Assembly (NCBI GenBank): GCA_022072415.1
Contig: JAJVHW010000006.1
Location: 4,958 to 68,957 of the forward strand
DNA length: 64,000 nucleotides
Origin: Planctomycetota bacterium
GTDB taxonomy: Bacteria; Planctomycetota; JAJSAM01; JAJVHW01
Reading direction: 5' to 3'
In this document: in pieces, positions 37,878 to 47,543 of the stretch
Layout: every line of letters begins with the position of its first letter
Position numbering within the stretch: the stretch's first letter is position 1
Program-made: the position numbers and the translations under genes
Notes under the pieces: generated by a model
The model's database searches: none
What the model was told of the DNA's origin: nothing
The model's input: the letters and a program-made list of their open reading frames with translations, nothing else

Positions 37878-39607
37878 TCGATCGGGTCCATGCGGACGAC
37901 GATCTTCCGCCGGCACTCCGCCGCGACGCGGCGGAACCACTCCTTCCACCCCGCAGCCACCTCGGGACGCCCCGCGGCGTACGCGCGGAAGAACCGCAGG
38001 CGGTCCGCGAGGGAGATGCACACGGGCACGCTCGCCGAGAGCTGCGCCAGGTTCTTCACCCGCCGGCGGAACGGCACGCGGCGGTCGAACTCCACGCGGT
38101 CGTAGTCGGCCAGCACGAGCCGGGGCCCCGCCGCCGCTCCGCGGCGGAGGAACAGGTTCACCGCCTTCAGGTCGCCGTGGTAGACGCCCGCGTCGTGGAG
38201 CCGGCGGACGAGCGACGCAGCGGCCTCGACGAGCGCGCGCTTCTCGGCCCGGCGCGCGGCGTCGGGGGCCGACGCGTGGCGCGCGAGCACCACGAGATCG
38301 GACCGCGTGCCGTCCCCGAGGTCCTCCATCACGAGGAACGCGTCCCCGAGCGCCGCGCCGCGCCCGCGGACGAGGAGCGCCAGCGGCTCCGCCGCGTCGA
38401 AGCCGCGGACGAGGAGCCCGTTCCCGGCGACCCATGCGGCCACGGCCCGCGGAGTCCGCACGAGGTTCTTCGCCCGGTCCATCGCGCCGCCCCGCCGGTA
38501 CTGCTTCACGATCACGCTGCGCGGCGCGCCGCCCTCCTCCGGCGGCGGGAGGCTCTGGCGCGTGAGCGCGGACCGGCTCCCGTCCTTCAGCACGTTCCTC
38601 GCCTTCGCCGCCACGTCGCGGAGGTGCGGCGCGACGAGCCCCGCGAGCGCGCGGGCGTCGAGGGTCCGGAGGTGATGGACGCGCATCCCCTCCGCGGCCG
38701 TCACGTCGAACTTCGACGACCGGGCGAGGCTCCGGTCGGTGCGGCTCCGCACGCGCCGGAGCTCCATCCTCGCGAGCTCCGGCTCGAGCGCCGCGGAGAG
38801 CGCGCCTTCCGCGAGCAGGCGTTCCACGCGCGTGCCCGACGGTCCGCCCGCGGTCGCGTACGTCTCGCAGATCCTGCGCCGCTCCTCCTCCGTGCTGCAC
38901 GTGAGCATCGAGTGGAGGAGCTTCACGAGGTCGAACCATCGCGCCGACTCCGACGGGCGCGCAGGGCGCGTCACCGAGTGGAGGTCGATCACGTGGAGCG
39001 ACGGCGCGTCCGGCGGCCCGTTCACGAGGAGGTTCCCGCCGTGGAAGTCGTTGTGGACGAACCCCGCGTCGTGCATCCGGCGGACGAGGCGCGCGAGCGC
39101 GTCGTAGAGCGCGCCGCGGAGCGCCGCGCGGCGGTCCGCCTCGGCGCGGTCGCCTTCGGCGGCGGCGCCCCCGAGCATGTGCTTCTCGACGAACGCGTTG
39201 AGATGGAGCGCGTCGGGGATCTCGCGCGTGACCAGCGCCGCGTCGCGGAGCACGCCTCCTGCGCGCCGCTCTCCGAAGGCGAGGGGCACCGACGTCGGAA
39301 TGCCCGCCGCGTCGAGCGCGCGGCCGACGTCCCACTCGGTCTTCGCGCGGGAGTCCTTCACCGCGTACTTCACCACGTCCTGCGCGCCGGACACGCGGTA
39401 GCGCTTCACGATCACGCGGCCGCCGCCGGGCATCGGCACGCGGAACACCGCGCGGACGAGGTTCCGCTTGAGCACCGCGACGCCGGGCGCGCCGTCGATC
39501 TCGCCGAGCCGCCCGGCGATCCCGGCGCGCACCGCCTCCGCGGTCGCCGCCTCCGCGGTCCATCGGAGCCCCGAGGCGTCGAACGTCACCGTCGCCTCAG
39601 CGGGCAT
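37874..39607 (-). CDS. Tandem two-domain LPS (Kdo/WaaP/InaA-family) kinase
   Basis: Two kinase cores: VKRY...HNDFHGGN...IDL and VKQY...HGDLKAVN...ADYD. Confidence 0.88.
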   Translation of the reverse strand: MPAEATVTFDASGLRWTAEAATAEAVRAGIAGRLGEIDGAPGVAVLKRNLVRAVFRVPMPGGGRVIVKRYRVSGAQDVVKYAVKDSRAKTEWDVGRALDAAGIPTSVPLAFGERRAGGVLRDAALVTREIPDALHLNAFVEKHMLGGAAAEGDRAEADRRAALRGALYDALARLVRRMHDAGFVHNDFHGGNLLVNGPPDAPSLHVIDLHSVTRPARPSESARWFDLVKLLHSMLTCSTEEERRRICETYATAGGPSGTRVERLLAEGALSAALEPELARMELRRVRSRTDRSLARSSKFDVTAAEGMRVHHLRTLDARALAGLVAPHLRDVAAKARNVLKDGSRSALTRQSLPPPEEGGAPRSVIVKQYRRGGAMDRAKNLVRTPRAVAAWVAGNGLLVRGFDAAEPLALLVRGRGAALGDAFLVMEDLGDGTRSDLVVLARHASAPDAARRAEKRALVEAAASLVRRLHDAGVYHGDLKAVNLFLRRGAAAGPRLVLADYDRVEFDRRVPFRRRVKNLAQLSASVPVCISLADRLRFFRAYAAGRPEVAAGWKEWFRRVAAECRRKIVVRMDPIE

Positions 39608-40379
39608 CCGGCCTCCAGAGGTCGCGTCCGAGCTCCCGGAGCTTCGCGTACTTGAGGAAGACGTAGTAGGCGCCCGACACGGCCGCGCAGAAGCCCGCCG
39701 CGCCGTCGAGGAAGCCCGCGCGGAGCACGTACATCCGCACGAACTTCCCGAACGGGCGGAGCGTCAGGTCGAGGAGCCCCGCGCGCCGTCCGGCCGCATG
39801 CTTCTCGCGCGCCGCGATCGACGTGAACGAGTCGATCGTGCGGAGATGGTCGGAGAGCGAGCGGTAGCTCAGGTGGAGGAGATCCCCGCCGATCCGCCGC
39901 ACCGGGCCGCCCCCGGGGTCCGTCACCACGTGATCGTGCGGGTTCGTCCCGCCCCACCGCGCGCGGCTCCTCCGGAAGAGCCGGAGCTTCCGGTCCGGAT
40001 ACCAGCCGCCGTGCCGGATCCACCGCCCGAGGTAGAACGTGCGCCGCGCGCACTCGAAGCCGGCGGCGTCGCCCGGCGACCCGAGCGCGGCGAGGATCGA
40101 CGCGCGGAGCTCCGGCGAGACGCGCTCGTCGGCGTCGAGGCAGAGCACCCAGTCGTGCGTCGCCTCCGAGAGCGCGAAGTTCTTCTGCTGCACGTGCCCC
40201 GGCCAGTCGCGCTCGATCACACGCGCCCCGGCCGCCGCGGCGAGTTCGCGGGTGCGGTCCGTCGAATGGCTGTCCACCACGACCCACTCGTCCGCGAAGT
40301 CCGCCGAACTGAGGCAGTCGGAGATGTTCGCCTCCTCGTTCATCGCGACGATGCACACGGAGAGTTTCGGACGCGTCAC
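39597..40379 (-). CDS. Glycosyltransferase family 2 (WaaE/KdtX/LgtF-like)
   Basis: LSVCIVAMNEE, VVDSHSTDRT, QKNFA, LDADE, WYPD..LRLF, GFLDG. Confidence 0.92.
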   Translation of the reverse strand: MTRPKLSVCIVAMNEEANISDCLSSADFADEWVVVDSHSTDRTRELAAAAGARVIERDWPGHVQQKNFALSEATHDWVLCLDADERVSPELRASILAALGSPGDAAGFECARRTFYLGRWIRHGGWYPDRKLRLFRRSRARWGGTNPHDHVVTDPGGGPVRRIGGDLLHLSYRSLSDHLRTIDSFTSIAAREKHAAGRRAGLLDLTLRPFGKFVRMYVLRAGFLDGAAGFCAAVSGAYYVFLKYAKLRELGRDLWRPDAR

Positions 40380-41209
40380 AGCGCGGCCCCCCGGACGGGG
40401 CGGACGGCGTCGTGCCGCGCGATGTGCGCCGCGAGCCGCGAGGCGAGGGCGCGGAGGTCGTCGCGCGACGGCCAGTCGGCGCCGGCGTATGCGCGGAGGA
40501 CCCGCATGCGGTCCGCCCGGGTCACCGGGTGCCCCGCCGCGGCGACCTTCGCGGCGTAGCGGTCGAACCGGAACAGTCCGGCGAGCCGCCTCTCGCGCGG
40601 GAGCGGACGCGCGCGCTTCACGCGGTCGAGGTCGAGGACCCGGACCGCGGCACCGTCGGCGAGGAGGTTCTTCAGGTGGAGGTCGGGGTGGTCGAAGCCC
40701 GCGTCGTGAAGGGCGCGGATCGACCGGCCGGAGGCGGCGAGGATCGCGCGGCGCGCGGCCGGCGCGAGGCCCTCGGCGAGCGCCTGCTCGACGTCGCGGG
40801 CACCGGGGACCTCCTCGAGCAGGAGCCATCCCGCGCGGAACAGCGCGTCGGCACGCCGCGACACGACGCCCAGCGCGCGGCAGACGGGGACTCCCGCGGC
40901 CTCCGCGTCCACGTGCGCGCGAAGCTCGCCGAGGAACCGCCCGTCGCCGACGTGGCGCGCCCCGGTCACGCGGCCGAGCACCCCGCCGTGCAGGTACGGG
41001 CGCACGAACACGCGCCCGGCTCCGGGAACCTCCACCGAGAAGGGCCGCCCGCGCCCGCGGAACTCGCGGACCGCCCGCAGGCGGGCCGACGCGGGGTCGG
41101 CGAGCGACGCGGCCAGCGCGTCGGCGACGTCCTCGCGGAGCACCATGTCGGCGCCCCCCGAGGACCGCCGCACGAAACCGCGCGGAAGCTCAGCCGCCGT
41201 CGGGCCCAT
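40376..41209 (-). CDS. Kdo kinase-like (KdkA-like) protein
   Basis: GRG, RPYLHGG, HDAGFDHPDLHLKNLL, VLDLDR. Confidence 0.85.
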   Translation of the reverse strand: MGPTAAELPRGFVRRSSGGADMVLREDVADALAASLADPASARLRAVREFRGRGRPFSVEVPGAGRVFVRPYLHGGVLGRVTGARHVGDGRFLGELRAHVDAEAAGVPVCRALGVVSRRADALFRAGWLLLEEVPGARDVEQALAEGLAPAARRAILAASGRSIRALHDAGFDHPDLHLKNLLADGAAVRVLDLDRVKRARPLPRERRLAGLFRFDRYAAKVAAAGHPVTRADRMRVLRAYAGADWPSRDDLRALASRLAAHIARHDAVRPVRGAAL

Positions 41210-41275
41210 GCGCGGGATTGTCCCCGCCGTCCGCCCCGCCCGGCAGGGTTTCGGGGCCCCGCGGCGCAGGGGAGA

Positions 41276-41290
41276 CTTTGCACGGCAAAG
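41276..41290. promoter_or_regulatory. Palindromic operator candidate
   Basis: CTTTGC-ACG-GCAAAG, 11 nt upstream of the membrane protein/regulator pair. Confidence 0.6.
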
Positions 41291-41301
41291 GCCGAGGGGC
41301 G

Positions 41302-41922
41302 ATGCTCGTGCCCGTGACCCGCCGCGAACCCCGCCCGACCGCCTCCGCGAAGCACGCCGCGGACGACCTGCGGTTCATCCGCGAGACCCTCGAGCGCTCC
41401 GGGCGCTTCACGGCGATCCCCGGCGCCGGAGTGGCGGCGCTCGGCGGGATCGCGTTCACGGCCGCGGCGCTCGCGCAGCAGGCGCGCGACGCGCGCACCT
41501 GGCTCTGGATCTGGGCAGCGGCCGCGGGCGCGGGGATCGCCGTCGGCCTCGCCGCGGTGGCCGTGAAGGCCCGCCGCTCGGGGATGCCGGCCTTCTCCGG
41601 CCCGGCGCGCAGGTTCCTCGCGGCACTGCTTCCCGCGGTCGCCGCGGGCGCGCTGGTGACGGTGCCCCTCGTCTCCCGCGGGCAGACGGCGCTCGTCCCC
41701 GCGCTCTGGATGCTGTTCTACGGCGTCGGCCTCTTCGCGGCGGCGCTCGGCGCCACGCGGATCGTCGCGGTGGCGGGCCTCTGGATCGCCTCGTGCGGCG
41801 CGGCGGCGCTGGTCCTTCCCGCGCGGATGGGGAACGAACTCCTCGCCGCCGGGCTCGGCGCGGGGCACGTCGCGGCGGGCGTCGCGGTCCTCCTCCTCGA
41901 CCGGAGGCGCGATGACCGCTGA
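41302..41922 (+). CDS. Membrane protein (about 6 TM)
   Basis: AADDLRFIRETLERS followed by hydrophobic helices; overlaps the regulator start. Confidence 0.82.
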   Translation: MLVPVTRREPRPTASAKHAADDLRFIRETLERSGRFTAIPGAGVAALGGIAFTAAALAQQARDARTWLWIWAAAAGAGIAVGLAAVAVKARRSGMPAFSGPARRFLAALLPAVAAGALVTVPLVSRGQTALVPALWMLFYGVGLFAAALGATRIVAVAGLWIASCGAAALVLPARMGNELLAAGLGAGHVAAGVAVLLLDRRRDDR

Positions 41923-42259
41923 ACGCACCCGGAAGGTGCGCGCGTCGGCTGCGCTGTTCCGGGACGGCGCGGGGCTCGACCCGCTCGTCCACGAGCGCGT
42001 GCGTCTCGGCATCCTCGCGGCCCTCGCCGCCGAGTCCCCCGCGGCGTTCACGGACCTCCGCGACGCGCTCGGCCTGACCGACGGGAACCTCGCCGTGCAC
42101 GGCCGGCGCCTCGAGGAGGCGGGCTACGTCGTCCAGGCGAAGCGGTTCCGCGGCGAAGCGCGGAAGACCGAGTTCTCGATCACGCCGAAGGGCCGCGCCG
42201 CGCTCGCCTCGTACCTCGACCGGATGGACGCGATCCTCCGGAACGCCCGCAACGCCTGA
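41912..42259 (+). CDS. Winged-helix transcriptional regulator (HTH_34/MarR-like)
   Basis: LDPLVHERVRLGIL, LTDGNLAVH..RLEEAGYV, ITPKGRAA. Confidence 0.9.
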   Translation: MTAERTRKVRASAALFRDGAGLDPLVHERVRLGILAALAAESPAAFTDLRDALGLTDGNLAVHGRRLEEAGYVVQAKRFRGEARKTEFSITPKGRAALASYLDRMDAILRNARNA

Positions 42260-42494
42260 GGCGTCGTCCCGAAACAACTGACACATTTCGTCACGCGGCT
42301 TGCGGCGGTCCTTCGATGCGGATCCAGCGGTCCAGGCTCGCAAGCCGCGCGCCAGCAAGCTGCCGCAATGCATCGGCCGTCTGCGGCGTTGGGCTCGCGC
42401 CGCAACTCGCTCCGTTGAGTTGGCGGCGCTCGCCCGCCTTGCAGCCGGCTCGCTGCATCGCGGCCAAATGTGTCACTTGTTTCGGGACGACGCC
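42260..42494. mobile_element. 235-bp MITE-like element, copy 1
   Basis: 29-bp TIRs GGCGTCGTCCCGAAACAA(C/G)TGACACATTT; TGA on both sides (42257-42259, 42495-42497). Confidence 0.88.
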
Positions 42495-42499
42495 TGACG

Positions 42500-43459
42500 T
42501 CACGCCCCGAGCAGCCAGTCCTTCCACCACGCGAGGCACTCCCGCGCGACGAACAGGGGCGTCTTCGTGACGCGCTCCGACGGGACGGCCGGGACCGTGT
42601 ACGCGCGGAGCCCCCGCCGCTCGAACGCGAGATCGAGGCGCGGGAGGTGCCATCCGTGGCTCACCACGAGCACCCGCGCGCCGGGTCCGAGGAGCGCCGC
42701 GGCGTTCGCGACCGTGCTCCGCGAGTCCAGCCCCGCGGGGTCGAGTTCGATCGCGTCGGGCGGAACGCCGAGCGACGCGGCGAGGCGGCGCATCGACTCC
42801 GTCTCGTGGACGTCGCCGTCGCCCGGGCCGCCGGAGAGCACGAGACGGGGCGCGAGACCCTCGTGCCATGCGGCGCACGCGGTCGTCACGCGGTCGCGGA
42901 GGGACGTGGAGGGACGTCCGTCGGCGTAGGCGCGGGCGCCGAGGACGACGATCGCGTCGGCCCGTCGCGCGTACCGGCTCGTCCCCGTCGTCGCCATGAG
43001 CAGGAGCGGGAACGCGAGCGCCGCGGCGGCGGCCCACGCCACGACGGGGAGTCGCGCCCGCGACGCGTTCCCGTCACGGGCCGCCGCGACGGCGACGCAC
43101 GCGAGGAGCGCCGCGAAGACGAGCGACAGCGAGATCCACGGCGTGTCCACCGCGCCCTCGAGGTCGAGCCGGATCACGCGGACCGCATCGGCCAGCGTCA
43201 CGGCCGCGAGCGACGCCGCCGCGCAGATCGCCGGGACGCGCGCCCGGGGCAGGCCGACCGCCCAGGCGGCCATCGCCGCGCCCGCGGCGGCGAGGACGAC
43301 GCGGAGCGCGGCGCCGCCGAGCGGCCGCGCGTCGATCCATGTTCCGTTGGCGTCGAATGCGGGGACGGCGAGCCCGGCGAGCGCGTTCACGGAGGCGAAG
43401 CCGCCGAGGAACAGCGCGAACCCGCGCAGCGCGGCTCCGGATGCGACGACGATGCCCAC
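42500..43459 (-). CDS. YdcF/ElyC/SanA (DUF218) family membrane protein
   Basis: DAIVVLGA, LRDRV, LVLSGG, E..SM, ST..N, VVSH.WHLPR, RE. Start uncertain. Confidence 0.85.
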   Translation of the reverse strand: MGIVVASGAALRGFALFLGGFASVNALAGLAVPAFDANGTWIDARPLGGAALRVVLAAAGAAMAAWAVGLPRARVPAICAAASLAAVTLADAVRVIRLDLEGAVDTPWISLSLVFAALLACVAVAAARDGNASRARLPVVAWAAAAALAFPLLLMATTGTSRYARRADAIVVLGARAYADGRPSTSLRDRVTTACAAWHEGLAPRLVLSGGPGDGDVHETESMRRLAASLGVPPDAIELDPAGLDSRSTVANAAALLGPGARVLVVSHGWHLPRLDLAFERRGLRAYTVPAVPSERVTKTPLFVARECLAWWKDWLLGA

Positions 43460-43638
43460 GAGGGCATCGTACGACCGCCGCCGCCAGCCCGGATCATTCG
43501 CGACGGTTCGCGCGTGACCGTCGCCGCGTGGACGACCGCGGAATCGCCGTGCGATGTCGTCGTACGACATCGACGCACGATGCAGGCAGTCCGCGAACTG
43601 GATGCCGTTCCCGCGCGAACTCTCGTGCAGGACCCGGA

Positions 43639-44436
43639 CTAGTCCTTCTTCTTCCCCTCGCGGTCCCGCTTCCGCTGGTCGCGGTCCTCCTTCGCGCCGC
43701 GGGCCTTGTCGCGGTTCACGGCGGCGAGGTCGAAGTCGAACGTGGCCTTGTTGTCCTTCCACCACTTCCGCCACATGTCCGGATCGACGACGCCCCGCTC
43801 GCCGGTCGCGTACTGGAGCGCCTTGCGGTAGAGGGACTGCATGCCGGAGCCGTTCCGGCCTCGCCGGGACATGTGGTCGATCAGCTTCTCGATCGCCTCC
43901 GCGCACGGCACGTTCGCCACGGCCATGGCGCGCGCCTCGGCGACATCGAGGTCGGAGTCGTCCTGGATGCCGTCGAGCAGCGCGTCGATCGTGCACGGCT
44001 GGGCGAGGTCGTGGAGGCTCTTAGCCACCGCGATGAGCTCCATCTGGTCCTTCACGTCCTTCTCGATGAACTTGATCCGGGCGCCGAGCGCCTCGGCGGC
44101 CTTCTTCTTCTGGTCGTCGGCCGTGCGCGCGCCGAGCGCCTTCACGGCCGCGAGCCGCACGTCGGCGTCCGAGTCCTTCAGGAGCTTCACGAGGACCGGG
44201 AGGAGCTTCGCGTCCTGGACGGAGAGCGCGCCGGTCGCCCCGTCGAGCCGCGTGGCAGCGAACTTCGCGTCGTTCATCTTCGCGATGAGCGCGTCGGCCT
44301 CGGCCGCGACCTGCGCGGCGGCGTCCTTCGGCTTCTCCTCCTCCTTCGCCTTCCCGGCGGGCGGGTCCTCGGCGAAGGCGGCGGCGGCGAACGCGAGCAG
44401 GGTGAACAGCGCGGCCGGTCGGGTCATTCGGGACAT
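43639..44436 (-). CDS. Secreted HEAT-repeat protein
   Basis: Signal peptide, LLKDSDADVRLAAVKALG, WRKWW tail. Confidence 0.82.
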   Translation of the reverse strand: MSRMTRPAALFTLLAFAAAAFAEDPPAGKAKEEEKPKDAAAQVAAEADALIAKMNDAKFAATRLDGATGALSVQDAKLLPVLVKLLKDSDADVRLAAVKALGARTADDQKKKAAEALGARIKFIEKDVKDQMELIAVAKSLHDLAQPCTIDALLDGIQDDSDLDVAEARAMAVANVPCAEAIEKLIDHMSRRGRNGSGMQSLYRKALQYATGERGVVDPDMWRKWWKDNKATFDFDLAAVNRDKARGAKEDRDQRKRDREGKKKD

Positions 44437-44469
44437 CGGTTCCTCCGTCTCAGGAACACCTGCCGACGC

Positions 44470-45864
44470 TCACCGGTTTCGCGGAGTCCCGGCGGCCGCC
44501 TCGACCGCCGCCGCGAGCTCGCCTTCGAGGCCCTCGAGCGTCACCCCGAGGAGACGGCCGAGTTCGGCCGCCGGCCCCCCTCGGACGTCGGTCCCGGCGT
44601 CGGCGACGACCTTCCGGAACCGCTCGGCGCCGCGCGAGGCCACGAGGTGCCGGACGAGCGCCCACGAGAGCGCGTACCGGAGGCGTCCGTCGGCGCCCGC
44701 GAACTCGGGCGGCCCCGAGTGGACGAGGTTCAGCGCCGTCGGGAGCGCCCTCCGCCCGGCCGCGTCCGCGATCGTGGCGACGAGGTCCGGCCGCGGCCCG
44801 GGGTCCTCGAGGTGCGTCGCGGCGCCTTCGTCGAGCCACGACGGCACGCCGCGCCGCGCCGACCGGCTGTAGAGAAGCGCGTGGGACATCTCGTGACGGA
44901 GCGTCTTCGCGAGGTCGGACCGCCCGGCATGGACGTGGATGCGCGCGCCGCCCGCCTCGCCGCGTCCCATCCCCGTCGGCATCGTGAACGCGCGACCCGG
45001 GAGCGATGCGGGGAAGAGCCGCCGCCGGTGCGCCTCGTGCTCGTCCAGCGTGCGGGAGAAGACGAGCGTGACGCGGGTCCCGGGCGTCGGCGTCCCGAGG
45101 AACTCCGCGCACTCGCGCGCCGCACCGGCGAGCGCCGCCTCGACGTCGCGGGGGAGGGACGGACCGATCCGCGTCTCCACGGCGATCCCGGCCGCCTCGA
45201 ACGTCCACGGCGACCCGTTCGCGGCGCGCATGCGGTCCGGCGCGGAGAGCGAGAGGTCCCACGCGACCAGCCGCTCGCCGACGTCGCACGCGTCCGCGTC
45301 CGCCCCGGCCTTCCGCGCCTCGGCCCACGCCGCCTTCGCCGCCGCCGCGTCGCCGCGCGTCCAGAGCAGCGTGGCCCGCTCCGCGGCGCACCACGCTGGC
45401 TCGATCCCCTGCTCCGCCGCGTCGGCGGTCCGCGCGAGCGCGACGTCCCACCGCCTCCCCGCGCGGAGCGCTCGGACGAGCTTCTTCCACGCGTCGGCCG
45501 ACTCCGGGGCGAGCGCCACGGCGATCTCGAGCGACGCCGCGCCCTCGTCCGTCCGGCCGAGCTCCACCTGGAGGTTCCCGAGCTGCGTCCACGCCCACGC
45601 GTGCCCGCGGTCGATCCGCGTCACCCGGTCATAGGCCGCCGCCGCCTCGTCGAGGCGCCCCAGCTTGTGGAGCGCGTACGCCCGGAACTCCCAGCCGACG
45701 AGGTCGTCCTTCGCGCCGAGGAGCACGGCATCGGCCGCGCGGAGAAGCTCCCCCCACGCGCCGCGCCGCCGGATCTCGTCGAACGTCGCGCGGAGGTCCG
45801 ACGAAGGCTCCCCGGCGCGGGCCGCGCCTGCGAAGAGGAGGAGCAGGAGCATCGCCCGCCGCAC
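44470..45864 (-). CDS. Secreted TPR protein with gluzincin-like (HExxH...WLDEG) domain
   Basis: TPR-like helices, RHEMSHA, PSWLDEGAA, YALSWALV. Confidence 0.8.
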   Translation of the reverse strand: MRRAMLLLLLFAGAARAGEPSSDLRATFDEIRRRGAWGELLRAADAVLLGAKDDLVGWEFRAYALHKLGRLDEAAAAYDRVTRIDRGHAWAWTQLGNLQVELGRTDEGAASLEIAVALAPESADAWKKLVRALRAGRRWDVALARTADAAEQGIEPAWCAAERATLLWTRGDAAAAKAAWAEARKAGADADACDVGERLVAWDLSLSAPDRMRAANGSPWTFEAAGIAVETRIGPSLPRDVEAALAGAARECAEFLGTPTPGTRVTLVFSRTLDEHEAHRRRLFPASLPGRAFTMPTGMGRGEAGGARIHVHAGRSDLAKTLRHEMSHALLYSRSARRGVPSWLDEGAATHLEDPGPRPDLVATIADAAGRRALPTALNLVHSGPPEFAGADGRLRYALSWALVRHLVASRGAERFRKVVADAGTDVRGGPAAELGRLLGVTLEGLEGELAAAVEAAAGTPRNR

Positions 45865-45916
45865 GGGCCGGATCCTACCCGCCCGGGGACGGCGTCAGAG
45901 GCTCTGAAGAAGCCCC

Positions 45917-46459
45917 TCAGGCCCTGAAGATCTCGACGCGGTCGAGCTTGGTCTTCGCGTTCCCGGCGCGGGCGATCTTCGCGATCAGTTCGGCGCCCTG
46001 GGTGACCTTGCCGAACACCGTGTGCTTGCCGTCGAGCCACGGGGTCGCGACCTCGGTGATGAAGAACTGCGAGCCGTTCGTGCCGGGGCCGGCGTTGGCC
46101 ATCGAGAGGACGCCGGGGCCGTCGTGGCGGAGGGCGGACGTGCACTCGTCCTTGAACTTCCAGCCGGGTCCGCCGGTGCCGGTGCCCATCGGACAGCCGC
46201 CCTGGATCATGAACTCGGGGATCACGCGGTGGAACACGGTGCCCGTGTAGAGCGGGTCCTTCGACTTCGCGCCCTTCGGCGTCGTCCACTCGACGGTGCC
46301 CGTCGCGAGCGCGACGAAGTTGTCCACGGTGCGCGGCGCCTCCTTCTCGTGGAGGACGCACTCGATGGGCCCGGCCGACGTCACGAACCGCGCGTGGAGC
46401 TTCCCCGCGCCGGGGACGTTCGCCTTGGGTGCCGGGGTGTCTCCGCCTGATCCGAACAT
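45917..46459 (-). CDS. Cyclophilin-type peptidyl-prolyl isomerase
   Basis: [51 protein letters not shown]. Confidence 0.96.
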   Translation of the reverse strand: MFGSGGDTPAPKANVPGAGKLHARFVTSAGPIECVLHEKEAPRTVDNFVALATGTVEWTTPKGAKSKDPLYTGTVFHRVIPEFMIQGGCPMGTGTGGPGWKFKDECTSALRHDGPGVLSMANAGPGTNGSQFFITEVATPWLDGKHTVFGKVTQGAELIAKIARAGNAKTKLDRVEIFRA

Positions 46460-46530
46460 GAACGCCTCCTTGGGATGCAAAGCGCGGAGTTTCGTCGCCC
46501 GGGCCGCGCGGAACACGGATTCGCGGCGCG

Positions 46531-47532
46531 TCAGAAGTCCCAGGTCCACCCGATCGAGAGCGACCCGAACCGCTGGCCGCCGTCCTGCCCCTCGAACTCG
46601 TCGGTGCGGTGGACGTGCGTGTAGGCGATGCGGAACTTCCCGAACTCCAGCGCGATCCCCGCGCGGAGCTCCGCGACCAGGGGCTCCTTGTCCACGTCGT
46701 GCCCGTCGTGGAACAGCGGCCCGTCGAGGAACGCGTTCCGGCCGACGGCGCGCGCGTCGGCGCCGCCGAACACGTACCAGCGGGGCGACGAGCCGCGGTC
46801 GCCGTCGTCGGGGACCTCGATCGCCGTGGTGTGGATCGTGTTGACGCCGAAGTCGCGCGGCAGCCGCCAGCCGAGCCGCGCCTGGAGGCCCCCCACGGCG
46901 TTCGCGTGGATCGTCCCGAGGCTCGCCCCGACCTTGCCGAGCACGTCCCAGTCCATCTGCGAGAACGCCTCGCCCGCTGCGAGACGGCGGCGGTACTCGT
47001 AGGTGCCGACGATTCCGGCCTCGCTCGCCGCCTGGTGGCGCCACCCGCGCGGGCGGTCGGACCCGGTCCAGTCGTGGACGAGCTTCTGCGCGTCCTCGGC
47101 GAGCGACGCGGCGCCGGTGACGCCCACGTCCACCTCGAACGTGCTCGCGTAGTCTCCGACCGGGTGCTCGCCCGCGCGCCGCCCCGCATTCGCCACGAGC
47201 AGGCCGGCGTAGAGCCAGCCCGCGTACGGGCGGTCGTCCTCGATCCTCCGGCGGAGCTTGATCTTCTCGGGCGTGTAGACCTCCTGCGCGACGACCGCCC
47301 CGATCTGCGTCGTGGAGCCGCGCTCGTAGAGCGGCGTGGCCGACGCGGCGGCGCGCATCCACTCCGGCGTCGCGTCGGCGTCGAACATCGACGAGACGCG
47401 GAACCCGCTCGTGTAGTAGCGGTCGCTGCGGTTGCCTGCGCCGAAGATGTCGTTCTCGAAGTGGATGCTCGTGGTGCCGCAGGCCGCGAGCAGGAGCGGA
47501 GCGGCGGCGGCGGCGTTGCGCGTGGTTCGCAT
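46531..47532 (-). CDS. lpxR: Lipid A 3'-O-deacylase LpxR family (DUF2219) outer-membrane protein
   Basis: FEND...[25 protein letters not shown], terminal Phe. Confidence 0.85.
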   Translation of the reverse strand: MRTTRNAAAAAPLLLAACGTTSIHFENDIFGAGNRSDRYYTSGFRVSSMFDADATPEWMRAAASATPLYERGSTTQIGAVVAQEVYTPEKIKLRRRIEDDRPYAGWLYAGLLVANAGRRAGEHPVGDYASTFEVDVGVTGAASLAEDAQKLVHDWTGSDRPRGWRHQAASEAGIVGTYEYRRRLAAGEAFSQMDWDVLGKVGASLGTIHANAVGGLQARLGWRLPRDFGVNTIHTTAIEVPDDGDRGSSPRWYVFGGADARAVGRNAFLDGPLFHDGHDVDKEPLVAELRAGIALEFGKFRIAYTHVHRTDEFEGQDGGQRFGSLSIGWTWDF

Positions 47533-47543
47533 GGGTCTCTCCG

